Shown piece by piece: positions 48,843-61,100 of a stretch of 64,000 bases of DNA. Location of the stretch: positions 496,001 through 560,000 of the forward strand of contig OZ237763.1 of assembly GCA_965178125.1 (NCBI GenBank), in the 5' to 3' direction. The stretch comes from Bilabrum cf. latius. Lineage: Eukaryota. Under the pieces are notes generated by a model that searched no databases, was not told the origin of the DNA, and was given only the letters and a program-made list of their open reading frames with translations. Position numbers and translations under genes: made by a program. Numbering within the stretch: the first letter of the stretch is position 1; every line of letters begins with the position of its first letter.

Positions 48843-51438
48843 ATGAAGTCCGCAACTGCGATATTGGCGTCGCTCTCATTGGTTTGTGCTGCCACATTCG
48901 AATCTGGTCCGCCGCCTCCTGGTCCTCCGAAAAAAGGAGCTCCAAACATCGTCCTTCTCATCACCGACGATCAGGATGCCATTATTGGAGGCTGGGACTC
49001 CACACCCAGGACGATGCAGCAAACGAAAGCCATGCTTGAATCAAAAGGGATGTGGGCCGAGCAATGGAGAATTGCCACTCCGATATGCGCCCCCTCGCGG
49101 TCAGAGCTCTTCTCGAGCCGGTATCTCCCTGAAATCCCGAGCGACGAGATGACGCCGTCCCCCAAGGTTTCCAGCGGAGGGATCGACCAGCTGGACTTGC
49201 GTAAAGTGTGGCCTCATGCGTTTCCCATCCACTTGCGCGAACAGGCGGGCTACCGAACGGGCCTATTTGGGAAGTGTGAGAACCTCACACATCCAAAGAT
49301 CGCCGCTGCTGAGCCGCGGATACTAGTAGGGACCTGCGGCACAGCTGCTTGTACCTGAATCAATGCCACATGATACAATAACGCAGGTATGAACGAAGAT
49401 TGTGGCGCATCAAACAAAGATGCGCACGGCCTGAACTTCCACCACATGGGCGCATTCGGTGAGATGGCGGCCATCATGATAGTCTACGTACCTACTAGTA
49501 GGCACTCAGAACTGCCCTATTTTCCACATTTTGGTTAGTCAATGGATCGCAGATGTGTGGTTCGAGCACACAGGGTACGTGAATGGGACGTTCTTCGACA
49601 ACACGAAGCCCTCGTGCTCGTGGCCCTGGGACGCCAGCAAAGACGAGTGCTAGACACCCACCAACAACGGGCCCAAGTGGCAGGGCAAGGGCAACGGGTA
49701 CGACACCTCGACACTCGGGAATCGCACCGTGGATTTCATCAAGGAGGCCAAGCAGCAGGAGCCCGACAGGCCCCTCTTCATCTGTGAGCCACTGGCACAC
49801 GGGTAGGCAGCTAGCTGTCCATCATGCCATGCACCTTGCTGCACCTTGTCCGGCTTGAGGACCGAGAGCGAAGCCGGTGCAATGCCTCGTCTTTACCTTT
49901 ATCGATTGTCCAATGGCGGTCCGTCTGCAACTGAACATCATCTCAAGCTCGTCTTGCAGCCACAATTCACGGCTGAAGAATTCATCCTCATTTTCTCCTC
50001 CCGCAGATTTCGCCCCGCACGCACCACACTCCCCCGCCACGCCCGCCAAGTGGTACGAGAGCGGTACCCCCTGCGACACCATCATCTCACCCAGAACTCC
50101 GGATTATAATTATTCCGGCCCCGTCAGGACGGAGTGCTCTGCCTAGCCGCCCTCGGGCCCCGCTCCCTTCGGCCACGAGTAGGTCTGGTGGTTCGGAGGG
50201 ACCAACTTCAGCGAGCTGACCTCATGCTAGCCGTATTTTGACGAGAAGGACGAGGCTCAGATCGATGACTTGGCGCAAAAGCGGTGCAAGGCACTGCTGT
50301 CGGTCGACGACAGCTACGCGGGCATCGTGAGTGCGTTCGAGGAGCTGGGGGAGATGAATAACACGTACTTTTTGGTGACGTCCGACCATGGTGAGGAAGG
50401 GAGAGAGAGGAGGAAACCATTGCATGGATCCGTGTGGCCACCGTGCATTGCAGTGCGATGCTTTTGCAGCTTGTCCGTTGCCTTGGCTACGCTTTCCGGT
50501 AGAGCCTGGTGCGTCAATGCAGCGGCTCGGGTACCAAGCCAACGTTCCCTGCTACCCACTGGCACCCCCCTATGTTTTAGCCATCTCAGCCCCCAGCCAT
50601 CCCACCACCTGATCTTCCATGCTCCCGCAGGCTACAACCTGGGCCAGCACATGCTTCCCTCGAACAAGTTCCTCTCATACGAGCACAGCCTCCGCATCCC
50701 GATGGTGTTTAAGGGCCCGGGGATCCAGCCCGGCACTAAGCTGGACTTCCTGGGGACTCAGGTGGACCTGGCCCCAACCATCCTGGGGCTGGCCGGGATC
50801 GACAGTCCTGACGATTACTCTGGGCAGAGCGTCGTCCCGCTGCTCATGGAGGGCTCAAGCGGCGACGAGCTGCCACCCACGGTCTAGGAGCACCTGCTGG
50901 CAGTGGACAAGCCGACTCGCCAAGCTGCCACGTTCTCCTACTGGAACCAGGGGCCGTGGTTCGTTGGCACACGCCATCCTCTCGACGACTGTGAGAAGGT
51001 GCTATTCTGATGCTATCCTGCCACTGAATTGCTTTCCTGGTCGTGTCGCTGTTCCTTGCGCTGGTGCTGCTTATCCAAGGCCACGCGCCTCCATTTCCGC
51101 TGCGGCGATGGTATTTCAATCCATGCGATGCATAAAAAGCGATACTATTGTATGCCTTACATTGATCCGCAGGGAGCAACACATACACCGGAATCACCTA
51201 CCGCGACGATGACGGGTCCCTATGGAAGTACGCGAGGTACGACCCTTACGGCAAGCAGCGCAACATGAGCAGGCCCTACATGTGGGAGCTGTTCAATCTG
51301 AGGCGCGATCCTTACGAGCTCGTCAACCTGTACAACCAGACGAAGGAATCGAACCCCTCCTTCGTGGCGAAGCTAGACCAGATCGCGACCAAATACTACA
51401 CTTGTTCTGGCAAGTCGTGCAGGACTGTGGCTCCGTAA
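48843..51438 (+). CDS. Secreted/lysosomal sulfatase, N-acetylglucosamine-6-sulfatase-like
   Basis: Signal peptide; PNIVLLITDDQD, ICAPSR (CxPxR), GYRTGLFGK, APHAPH, TSDHGYNLGQH, DLAPTIL, ELFNLRRDPYELVNL. Introns 49276-49386, 49459-49552, 49784-50006, 50391-50630, 50991-51172; five exonic TAG; ends TAA. Confidence 0.9.
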
Positions 51439-51626
51439 TGGGGATTTTCTTACGTTAACTTGCTTACATGAGACTTGATAACGTCACTAGCTTGCTTTGC
51501 TCGGTAATTAAGTCCAGCTTTCTGTGGTTCGCGATTGAAGCAGTTGCTTTCCGATTAACCGGAACACCACTGGCATGCGAGCGAGCAAATCTCAGCTGCA
51601 GTCGGTCACAGTCTATAAGACCCGTT

Positions 51627-54600
51627 ATGCCCAGGTTGACTCGAATTCGAGTCAAAAACTTTAAATCATATTCCTCAGATGTCGTAGTGCAGTTGCCTGG
51701 AAGTGGGGCACGCGTAATCAGCTTGCATGGTGAAAATGGGTGCGGCAAGAGCTCCCTCATGGACGCTATCGCGTGGGGACTTGGAGCGGCTCCGAAACAA
51801 GTCGGGGCGAGTAAATCAAGCCAGTTGATTTGCAAGTCATCTAACAAGCAAGCTGTACCTTCGAAAGGCTCTCGGGCAACCGCCCACGGAGAAGTCGAGT
51901 TGCAGTTTAGCGTTGGAGGCTCGAAGCACAACGTGTTGACCGTATTCGACGATAGAGGCAGAAAATTCAAAATTAACGGAAAGTCATCATCTCTGGCCTA
52001 GCTGCAGCAGTTCGTTTTCTCCACGCTACGCTTGTAGACGCAACCCTCATTGGCAGCCTACATCAAGCAAGCCACCACCGCCGGCATGCTGGAGACCGGT
52101 GCAGCAACCAGCAAGTACCTCGAGGATGCACTTGGAATCTCTGGAGCGTTAAAAACTCTATCTCTCACTGCCGTATCGAGCCAGAAAAGCGCGGTCGCGA
52201 TACAAGCAGCTGAGGCAGCTATCCTTGCGGCCCGCCGGCACCAAGGTGCGAGGAGCTCTGATGAGATTGCTGGAGAAGCCATCAAAGCAGCCGTACAGGC
52301 TACCACATGCATCATTTATCGTGTAGCAGATGAATCGCTGCGCCAGGTCGAGGGCTTGCTCGAGGAGTACAATGCCGACAGCAACGAGATGCAACCAGAG
52401 GAGAGCCAGGTCGCCGAGGTCTGGGCTGGGGCATCAGCGCTGCTCAATAGCCAGGTAGATGTTCCACCGACGACATTTCAAGACCTCGTATCCAACCTTC
52501 AGCAAGAGGTGGAGAATACGGAACGAGCGCGGGCAGCGGCGGAGAAGGCCGGTGCCGTGGTCACAGGCGCACAGCAGAGCGCACTGCAGGCCATCCAGTA
52601 CGCAAAGGCATCCGCTGCATCGGTTGCAGATGCAGCCACGACTGGTCCAGCTCATGATTCAGTCGAAACAGAGATGGGATCCCTCAAGGACCAGCTTAGA
52701 GAGGGCCTATTCCGGGCACGCGCCTCGCTCAAGCAGCCACTGAATCTGCTGGCCAGCGCAGCTGCATCTGAGTACTGCCCGCAGTCCCTGGCCGATGCTG
52801 GCCTCGATGCAAGCACCACAGCTCTTCCATCCACTGCTACACTGACCAGTGCCATGAAATCGCTGGGAAAGGAGAGTCGGGCGATCCGCCAGCGGGTCGG
52901 GGCTGCCTTGCACCTCATCCGTCGGGTTCGCCTGGTCGCTGGTGGGGAGCAGGTTGTTACCTCGCTACCAGATTCAATGAAGATGTGCGCAGTGGTAGAA
53001 GTATTTGTAGATGCATGGAACGGGGGCTCTGAAGATGTGGTGCACCGCAAGCGCTTGGGATCCGGCTCGGTGGAGATTCGCAGGACTGGTGCTGTCGTGG
53101 CTGTCACGTTCTCTGCAACCGGGGCATCACAGGAACTTGCCGTTGCTGATATAGCCTCGTTGCAGCAGGGAATTGAATCCATTTGGACGGAAGCCGTGTC
53201 TGCAAAGCATCCTTCAGCCGCTGGTCGCACGGGAGACACGCAACACTCCGTGGTGAGAGCGCACGAGGTGTGCCGGTTTCAAGTCGACGCGATGGACAGC
53301 GCAGATATTGCTGCGACTGTGCAGTCAACGGCTCATGCAAGCGCGATAAGCACGGCCAAGATGTTGCACAGACAACTCTCAATTGCCGAGCTCCGTCGGC
53401 TAGCCATCATGGCTGGTGTTGTCATACAGGACCACAAGCTCCGCTCGGCTGTGTGCACGTCCCCTGCTGAGGCAAAGCAATTCTTCACCAAGATTGGCGA
53501 TCGCGAGCGGGTTACTGCTTGGCCACTGTCCGAGCTGAAGGCGAAGTCGATCAGGCATCGCGAGACGAGGGTGGCGGCAGCAGGCAAGCAAGCCGGCATA
53601 TCGGATCCAGGCACAGTGCTTGTGCCCGCACCAGGTGCAGACAACCTCGGTCGATTCGCAGTCGACATGATCCTTGGAAGGACTTGCCTGGCTACTGATG
53701 ACACAACTGCCAAGACGAGCATTTCTACTGCTGCAGGCTTGCGATCCGTCACAACGGACGGCCTCACGCACTCGCACGGTTCGGTGCGGCAGCCACCCTT
53801 TCCTTACGGCACCGCAAGCAAGAAAGAGCTCGCCAAGCATCTTTCGAAGTCAACGTCACTGATGGTTATGATTCTGCTTTCTGCAGCAGAGAAGCAGCTC
53901 CTTAGTGCGCTGCTGGCTTTTGCTCTGGACTGCGTAGCTCGCTCCGGGCTGGGTGCGGTGCTCGATGGTGTCAGGGAAGCGGCAGCGCTGAATGACGAAC
54001 TGGCTGAACTAGACTCTCAAGACTGCAATAGCGCTGAACAAGAGAATGAACAAGAAGGAGACGCCGACTCTGATGAGCAGCTTTAGTTGCAAGAGGCTCT
54101 ACGGGACTGTCTGGTGGAGCTTCACAAGGCTGGCAGGTTAGCAACTTCGCTTACGTCGCTGCAGACGGCAGTCTCGCGAGCAATCAAGAGCACTGAAGCA
54201 GCAATGCTAGCTGATCGGGGGTCGCTTGAGTTGGTGCAAGCGGCTGAAGCCGCAGTGGCTGACGTCCTGATTGTCCGGTTAGATTGCTCGAAGCAGCTTG
54301 AACAGCGGGTCCATGAGCTCAAGACGGCACTTCAGAAAGCCAACGCGTGTGTAGCACAGTACACGGCCGCAGAACAACAAGCATAGATGCGGTAGCAAGT
54401 GTCAAGCCTCCTGAATAAGCTCCAGACGAAGTTAACGGAGGTAGTAGAGAAGGTTGGTAGGGCACCAGTTCCGCCGGACCCAGCAGAGTGCATCGGCAAG
54501 GGCCTCCAAGACGTGCTGCAAGGAAGCTAGCGCATGGTGCAGGGTGACGTGAGCCAAGCTGTGACCAAAGCTACAGACAAGGGCTTTGCTTTGCTGCTAG

Positions 54601-55415
54601 CATCAGTCCGCGACAAATGCAGAGGCAGCCTGGCTGCACCCCGAGCGGTCAAGGCGTTGCAGGCCGCAGAGAGCTGCACGACTCGCACCAGCTCTCTTCT
54701 AGCATGCATCCGCGAAGGAACCATGCCGACAGCGACGCTATCCGATTGCGCTAAGCACGCTCATTTGGCGTTGTCGCACGGCAGAGCTGCGCTTGCTACA
54801 CTGGAGGCCATGCCAAGCGGCCAGGATGGCGTCAACCATGAGGCAATCGCAGCTGAGAGCGCACGGCTGCAGAAGCTCTACAGGCAGGCAAATCTTTTGA
54901 AGTCCTTGCACGAGAAGAAACTGGTGCCCAGGCTATAGGCAATGATCGAGAGTCGCAGAGTAGATGGCATCAGCGGGTTAAACGAGTCTCTGGGTGAGCT
55001 CGTGCCATCGATGGTGCCTCGCCACGCTGTGAACGTCGAGCGTGGGAGCTACGAAGAGGGGGTTGGATTCAAGCTTGCGGTACGCCGGGACGGCCAGACG
55101 CTATCCCCTTCCGGACTGTCGGGCGGGCAGCGAAGCATGGTGGCGTGCGCACTGCTGCTGGCCGTCAACCGCATGCATAAGTCCCCGCTGATCCTGCTCG
55201 ACGAGGTTGACGCAGCCTTGGACGCGACGAATCGCGCTAGATTCGCCTCGATCTTGCAGGAGCATCCTGCACTTGCAGACACGCAAGTCCTGGTGATCTC
55301 CCACCACGATCTTGTCCGCAGAGTGGCCAGCCACAGCATCGAGCTGGAGTGGAAGGAGGGCGGGGGAGGCAGGCGGGTGGTCGCGTCCGTGAAGAAGAAC
55401 AAGGTGTCTGGCTGA
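51627..55415 (+). CDS. Divergent SMC-family ATPase (SMC2-like hinge and C-terminal head), ~1262 aa
   Basis: KNFKSY; Walker A GENGCGKSSLMDAI; Q-loop YIKQ; hinge-like RVTAWPLSELK / ILGRTCLATDDTTAK / RSVTTDG; signature LSGGQRS; Walker B LILLDEVDAALD; QVLVISHH. Seven in-frame TAG; ends TGA. Confidence 0.88.
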
Positions 55416-55465
55416 AGTGCTGCGCTCTAGGGATTGCTAGTTACTACTCGAATACAAACGTCAAC

Positions 55466-58007
55466 TCAGGTCCCAGTTCCTGGCCGTGAACCAGCCCCAC
55501 TCCTCTGTGCTAGCATGCGGCTCACGTCATCTCTGCTCATTGGTTGCGTCGGCTAGGGCCCCTGCGATGCGCTCCTGCCATGCATAGCTCCTGCTCCCAT
55601 CATCCCACCCTGAGGCATTGCTTGCTGCGACCCCATGCCACCCGAATAACCCCCCGCGCCTGCCATCCCGCTGTGCGAAGCAAACTGCTGAGAGTAAGCC
55701 CCCCTGTGCCCCATGCCCCCACCAGGCATACCACCGTACGACGCTGCCAATCCACCGGCAGATTGCATCCCCATGGGGTAGCCCACTCCTGCTTGCTATC
55801 CATACGGGCTACTTATGCTGCCCATCCCCATACCCGATCCCGCTCCCATGCCAGCGCCCATGCCCATTCCCCCCATGCCGGGCCCCTGCTGACCGATGGG
55901 CATCCCTGTGGATGCAAACCGCTTTAAACCGCCGTAACCAGCAGCTGACTGGCCATCGATGCTATGGGCACTAGCAAACGAAGCACCGCTGGCATGGTGC
56001 GGGCCCGGTCCACTGGCCAAGGACCGCGGGGTGAAACCCGTGCTGCTAGCTCCCACTGAGCCAAGTGCGCCAGTGGAGACCGCACTGCTTCCTCCCGGTG
56101 GTGCAACAGCAGCTGTAGAGCTCCCACTGCCCTCTTGGATGACACCTCCAAACAGATCGTCGTCGTCTTCATCCTACGCTCCACCTGCTGCCTTGGGTTG
56201 GCTCCCCGGCCCGCCCGAAGCATTGGACGGTGCATCCGATCCGAACAGGTCGTCTTCGTCTTCATCATCACTGGGAGGCTGCAAACCTGCTTGCGTATCG
56301 CCCCCGCCGTCACCTCCTCCACCTTCACAAAATGGGTCAAAGTCGTCCCCATCTTCGTCTCGATCCTGTGGTGCCGCTCCCCCGCTAGCCCCTGAAGCAG
56401 GCGGGTCGTCACCACCATCATCTCCAAACGGATCGAAATCGCTTCCGTCTCCACCGTCCGTAGCGGTAGACTTCTTTGCCTTCGTCTTGCCTGCCCCCGG
56501 GTTGGCAGGGGCGCTGTCATCACCTCCGAAAGGGGACCAGTCCGAGCCACCGTCGTCACCACCACCAGCAGAAGCAGCAGCAGCAGCAGCACTACTAGAG
56601 GCTTCGGGCCTGCTGCCCCTGCCCCTCTTCGACGCCGTTCCTGTAGCCTGCTTCCCTTTGCCTCCGATCTGCCTGCCCCCCCTCGTCCTCCTACTAGAGG
56701 AGGTGGAGGACCCGCTGCCACCACCGCCCGCCTGCGCACCCTGTTGCGCGAGGCTGAGCACCGCATCGACTGCGGACGGCGCCGCTGCCTTGGCCCTGTG
56801 GGCGCGAGAACGACCGCCTTTACCTTTCGCAGACTCGGCTGCCACGGTGGCAGACTGCTCTTCTCCCGTGGGGCACTGCTTCCCGGCCTTGCTTAACAAG
56901 AGTGCCCTGAGCTTGGATGCGGTAGAGGACTGCCTCAGTGCACGCTCGCCGCCGCCGACCTTCATGGCGCGAGAGGCTGCCGCGATAAATGAGAGGATAG
57001 CCTCGCACGTGGGACGCTCCTCGGGGTCTATCCGGAGACACGCGCGCAGCAGTTCAATGCATATTGGCGGGGTGGATGCCGCCTCGTCTGGCAGCGTGTA
57101 GGTCGCGCTCACGATGGCTAGGACCCCAGTCGTCTGGAACGGGTGAGATAGGAACAAAATGGCGTGCCATAGGCAGCCGAGGGCCCACACATCCACCCGC
57201 TCGTCGATTGCGTGGCTGCTGTAGAGGTCAACCATTTCTGGGGCTCGGAAGTGCGGCGTGGTGAACCGCTCGATCCTATCCTGCTCGTCGGTTCGGTCGC
57301 GCTTGTCCTTGATGGGCCCTTGCCTGTCACTGACTGATCCAAAGTCGCATAGCCGCAGCTTTTTGTCGGCCCCAATGAGCACATTTTCCAGCTTTAGGTC
57401 TCGATGCGCGATCGGCGGCGACATCTTGTGCATGTGGGCAACCGCTGATACTATCTGGCCAAAGCAGCCTAGCGCCTGATTCAGTGGCAATGCAGATGAA
57501 CGGCTGTTCAACTTGTCCAGAAGAGTTCCGCCCGGGCAATTCTCAAGCAACATCTCCACCTTAATTTTGTCGCTTGCCAATCGGGTTGACTACGCCTCGA
57601 GCAAGCGCACGATATGGGGATGCGAACCGAGAGCCCGCATGACCTTAACCTCATTCATGAGCTACTCTGTATTTTCGTCTCCCTGCGATGCAACATAAAG
57701 TGAAGGCCCACTACGATGCACCGAACCGTCGTGGCGCAAGGGACTGCAACTGCAAGCAGATACAGCGTAATCACTTGAATACACAACATTCAGCCAACCC
57801 CGACGGCGTAACTATTGACATTGCACTCACCATCACCATCATAGTCTTCAAAACAATATTCTGGCCGCTGCTGGCGTCCCGCACCAAATCCACCGACCCG
57901 AAGCCACCCTCTGCCAGACGCTTTAGAACCGTCACTGATCTGCCACCCACGACGGTAGCTCGGGATTCACTACCATCTCCAAACGGGTCGACCGAAAAAG
58001 GGTCCAT
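55466..58007 (-). CDS. NAK-family Ser/Thr kinase (AAK1/BMP2K/GAK-like) with DPF-motif tail
   Basis: LAEGGFGSV, intron 57830-57683, E[Q]LMNEVKVMRALGSHPHIV, PPIAHRDLKLENVL, LCDFGS, TTPHFRAPEMVDLY, DVWALGC; tail with DFDPF, WSPF, DLFG. Five in-frame TAG; ends TGA at 55468-55466. Confidence 0.92.
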
Positions 58008-58136
58008 GCTAGCTTGCTAGAACTGATGCGAAGATGCGAAAGGCAGTGAGCAGTTGCAACCGCCCGCGCGGCAGTTGACCGTTCAACTTCGGGTGAAACT
58101 CAATCGAATCTGCGTACATTGGCCAGGCGTACGCCA

Positions 58137-61100
58137 ATGGAATTCCGTGATGATGCTAAGAAGACTACAGATTACTCCTCAGCTGCCCCTCCTGAATCGT
58201 AGGCTGTAAAGGTGAGCGCCTGGGTCCCCGCAGAACTCGACGAATGCACCCTAGCAAAAGGTGAATTCCGATGCGTCGCTTGATTGGAGCCAACAAGTTC
58301 AACCTCTCAGGTTTACGTTCGTATGCGTCCACCGGCTGGAGGGGCCGCTGAAGCGTCCAGATAGTTTGTTCAAGACGAGGGGGACGAAGGCAAAGTGTCA
58401 CTGAAGGTGAGCAGGCTTGTGGCTCAACGTATCGCACAGTTTGAGCATCAGACGCCGTTACCCGTATATTCTGCCAGTACTTTTACTAAGTCGCAGACAT
58501 CGCTGCATGGCGAGCACTCATTTCGGTACAGCAAAGTATTCAGGTCGGACTCAGGCCAAGCGGACATATTCAACGAGGTCGGCCAGCCGATGGTAGATCA
58601 TTGCTTGGAAGGCTACAGCGCATGCGTTTTTGCTTACGGGTAGACGGGCAGTGGGAAAACTTACACAATGTTTGGAGATGCAGCGAACCAGGGCGTCATT
58701 CCGAGGTAAGGCCTCTTGATGATTGCACCCGATCCTTGCTCGCCTGCGAGTCGATCCAGCTGTTGCTGAGCTTACGAGCACCAGGCCTCCGATTGCATCG
58801 CAATCCATGCATCTCTCTATTTCCGTATGTGCCTGCTGCCCGTACTCTTTTGCACCGCAGGTCGCTGGATGTGGTGTTTCGTCAGCTGGCGGCGCGCAAC
58901 TCTTTCAAGGAAACCGCGGTCGTCGTGTCTTTCCTGGAGATCTACCTCGATAGAATACGAGACCTGGGTAGGGAATACCTCCTCGGCAAGCGGAAGGCAG
59001 ACCCCCGGTTCGGCATCGCAGAGGGCGAGGAGGTCTCATCTGCGCACGAGGGGGCGGAGGACGAGGACCCCTCGGCAAGCCAGAAGGGCACGAGCGACTG
59101 GTACCTGAACACATTCCGGCACGCTGGCAGGAGAAAACACGGGAGGCGCCGAAGCGTCACGAGCGCCCAAGGGGGCGGCTCCTCGGCTGCCGCATCGGAC
59201 GCAGACCCGCGGGCCCGCAGCTACGAGGAGGAGTCTTTAGACGTGCGGGAGGACGCCGACGGGCAGGTGTACGTCCGGGGACTCAGCAAGGTGCCTGTGC
59301 GGAACCCCAAGGAAGCCATGGACGTCGTTCTTTCGGGGTTCAAGATGCGAGCCACGCACGCCACGGACATGAACGAGGTCTCCTCGCGGTCGCACACGGT
59401 CTTTACCATACACCTGATGCAGAGGGACCGGGCCACTGGGGAACAAGTCTCGGGGCACCTCAACCTCGTGGATCTAGCCGGGTCTGAAAGGCTCTCCCGC
59501 AGCCACAGCGAAGGCCTCAGGATGACCGAGGCGCTGTCAATCAACTCGTCGCTGACCGCCCTGGGCAAGGTGGTGATGTCGCTGCACAAGGCGTCTGTAG
59601 TGACGGGGGGCGGGAGCGGTGGTGCCACGGATCACGAGCAGCTGCATGTGCCCTACCGCGACTCGAAGCTCACGAGGGTGCTCCAGAATTACCTCGGAGG
59701 GACCTCCTTCCTCGCCCTCCTCGCAACGCTGCACCCGCGCAAAGACGACGCTGACGAGAGCCTGTCCACGCTCCAGTTCGCGCACAGGTGCAGGTATATC
59801 GTCAACAGGCCCAAGGTGAACTACTCGCTGGCAGACTCATCGGACAAGGACAGACGGATCGCGGCTTTGACGAGCGAGAACGCGCTGCTCAGGAGGCAGC
59901 TGGCGCTCTCTAGGCTTGCCTGCAGGGTGAGGCTGGCCAGGCTGATGCTGGACGCGGGCGTGCGGGGCACGATCGCCGCTGACGGGCGATTCCAGGCTCC
60001 CGATGGAAAGCTGCTGGGAGTATCCGCCGAGATGGCCAACAAGAGCGACTACGTGAAGAAGGGAGCCAGGGTGCTCGTCACTGGCGGGGGGCCTCTGAGC
60101 GAGCAGGCCATCACCAAGGCGGCACAGGTGCTTCAGACAGAGGTGCGCAAGCTGTAGAAGCAGAAAGACACGAGCGGGCAGGTGGCAGGGGACGGGTCCG
60201 TGGCCAGCGGCGCCGCCTCTGACAGTTCCATGGCCGCCGCAATGAAGCGAAGATCCACGCAGGCGGAGGTGGAGCAGGCCGAGGAAGAGGTCGCTGGGAG
60301 GCTGATTGGGGAGCAGGCCATCGCTTCCACGCCGGGACTGAGGAGCCCGACGCTGGAGGACCTGGCCGGCATTCCGGCCGATGCGGCGGAGGAGGCCTCG
60401 GGCGGACCACGGCGTAGGAGGCAGAGCCAGATGGGCGGAGTGCTTGCCAAGCTGATCGCGGGAGGCAAGTCCGTGGGGCTGGACGAGCCCAGCGTGCAAA
60501 GCGCCGGATCCGCCGGTACCAGGCACGAGGACGTAAAGTGGGAGCAGATGGACGCCATGAACGGCTCCATGGCAGGCAGCATAGGAAGCGCCATCGGGGC
60601 GGGGATGGGAACGGGCAGCATGCCCGCTGGCAGCGTGGCTTCGGGGCGCACCGGTCGCAGTGGCAGGGGCCATGCTGGCATGGCACTGTCCGACACCGTG
60701 GGCAGCATGGACGAGTCGCTTTCTTCCGCGCTTGAGAGTGTCACCGGCGGTACCATTCCTCTGGGGACTGGACCCATGGGGGGGGCTGGGCTTGGGGTGG
60801 CGGGAGGAGGCGCCACGCGTCGGGGGCGTCGGAATCGGAGGACTTCTCGGGTGTCTCAGGCGGTGAGAGGCGGGGGCAGTCGTCGGAGCCTGGGCTCGGG
60901 CTCGAGGCGATCCAGAGGGGGGAAGGGCGGTGCGAGCGACAGCGGCGGTCGAGTGGAAGGTGACGGTGGGTCCGTGGGTGGCGGTGGGGATCAGTACGGC
61001 GGCAGCGTGGGGTCACACACGGGACTCAGGCTGACCGATATCGCGGGCGGGGATCTGGCTGCGGGCGTGCCCGGCGCGATGATGGCCGCAGCGTACCACG

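Noticed and set aside
58641-58643. A-to-I editing (UAG read as Trp) or leaky readthrough
   Set aside because: Conserved positions require Gln, not Trp, and dozens of TAG per gene including tandem pairs are incompatible with low-efficiency readthrough. U-to-C editing is not formally excluded without RNA data.
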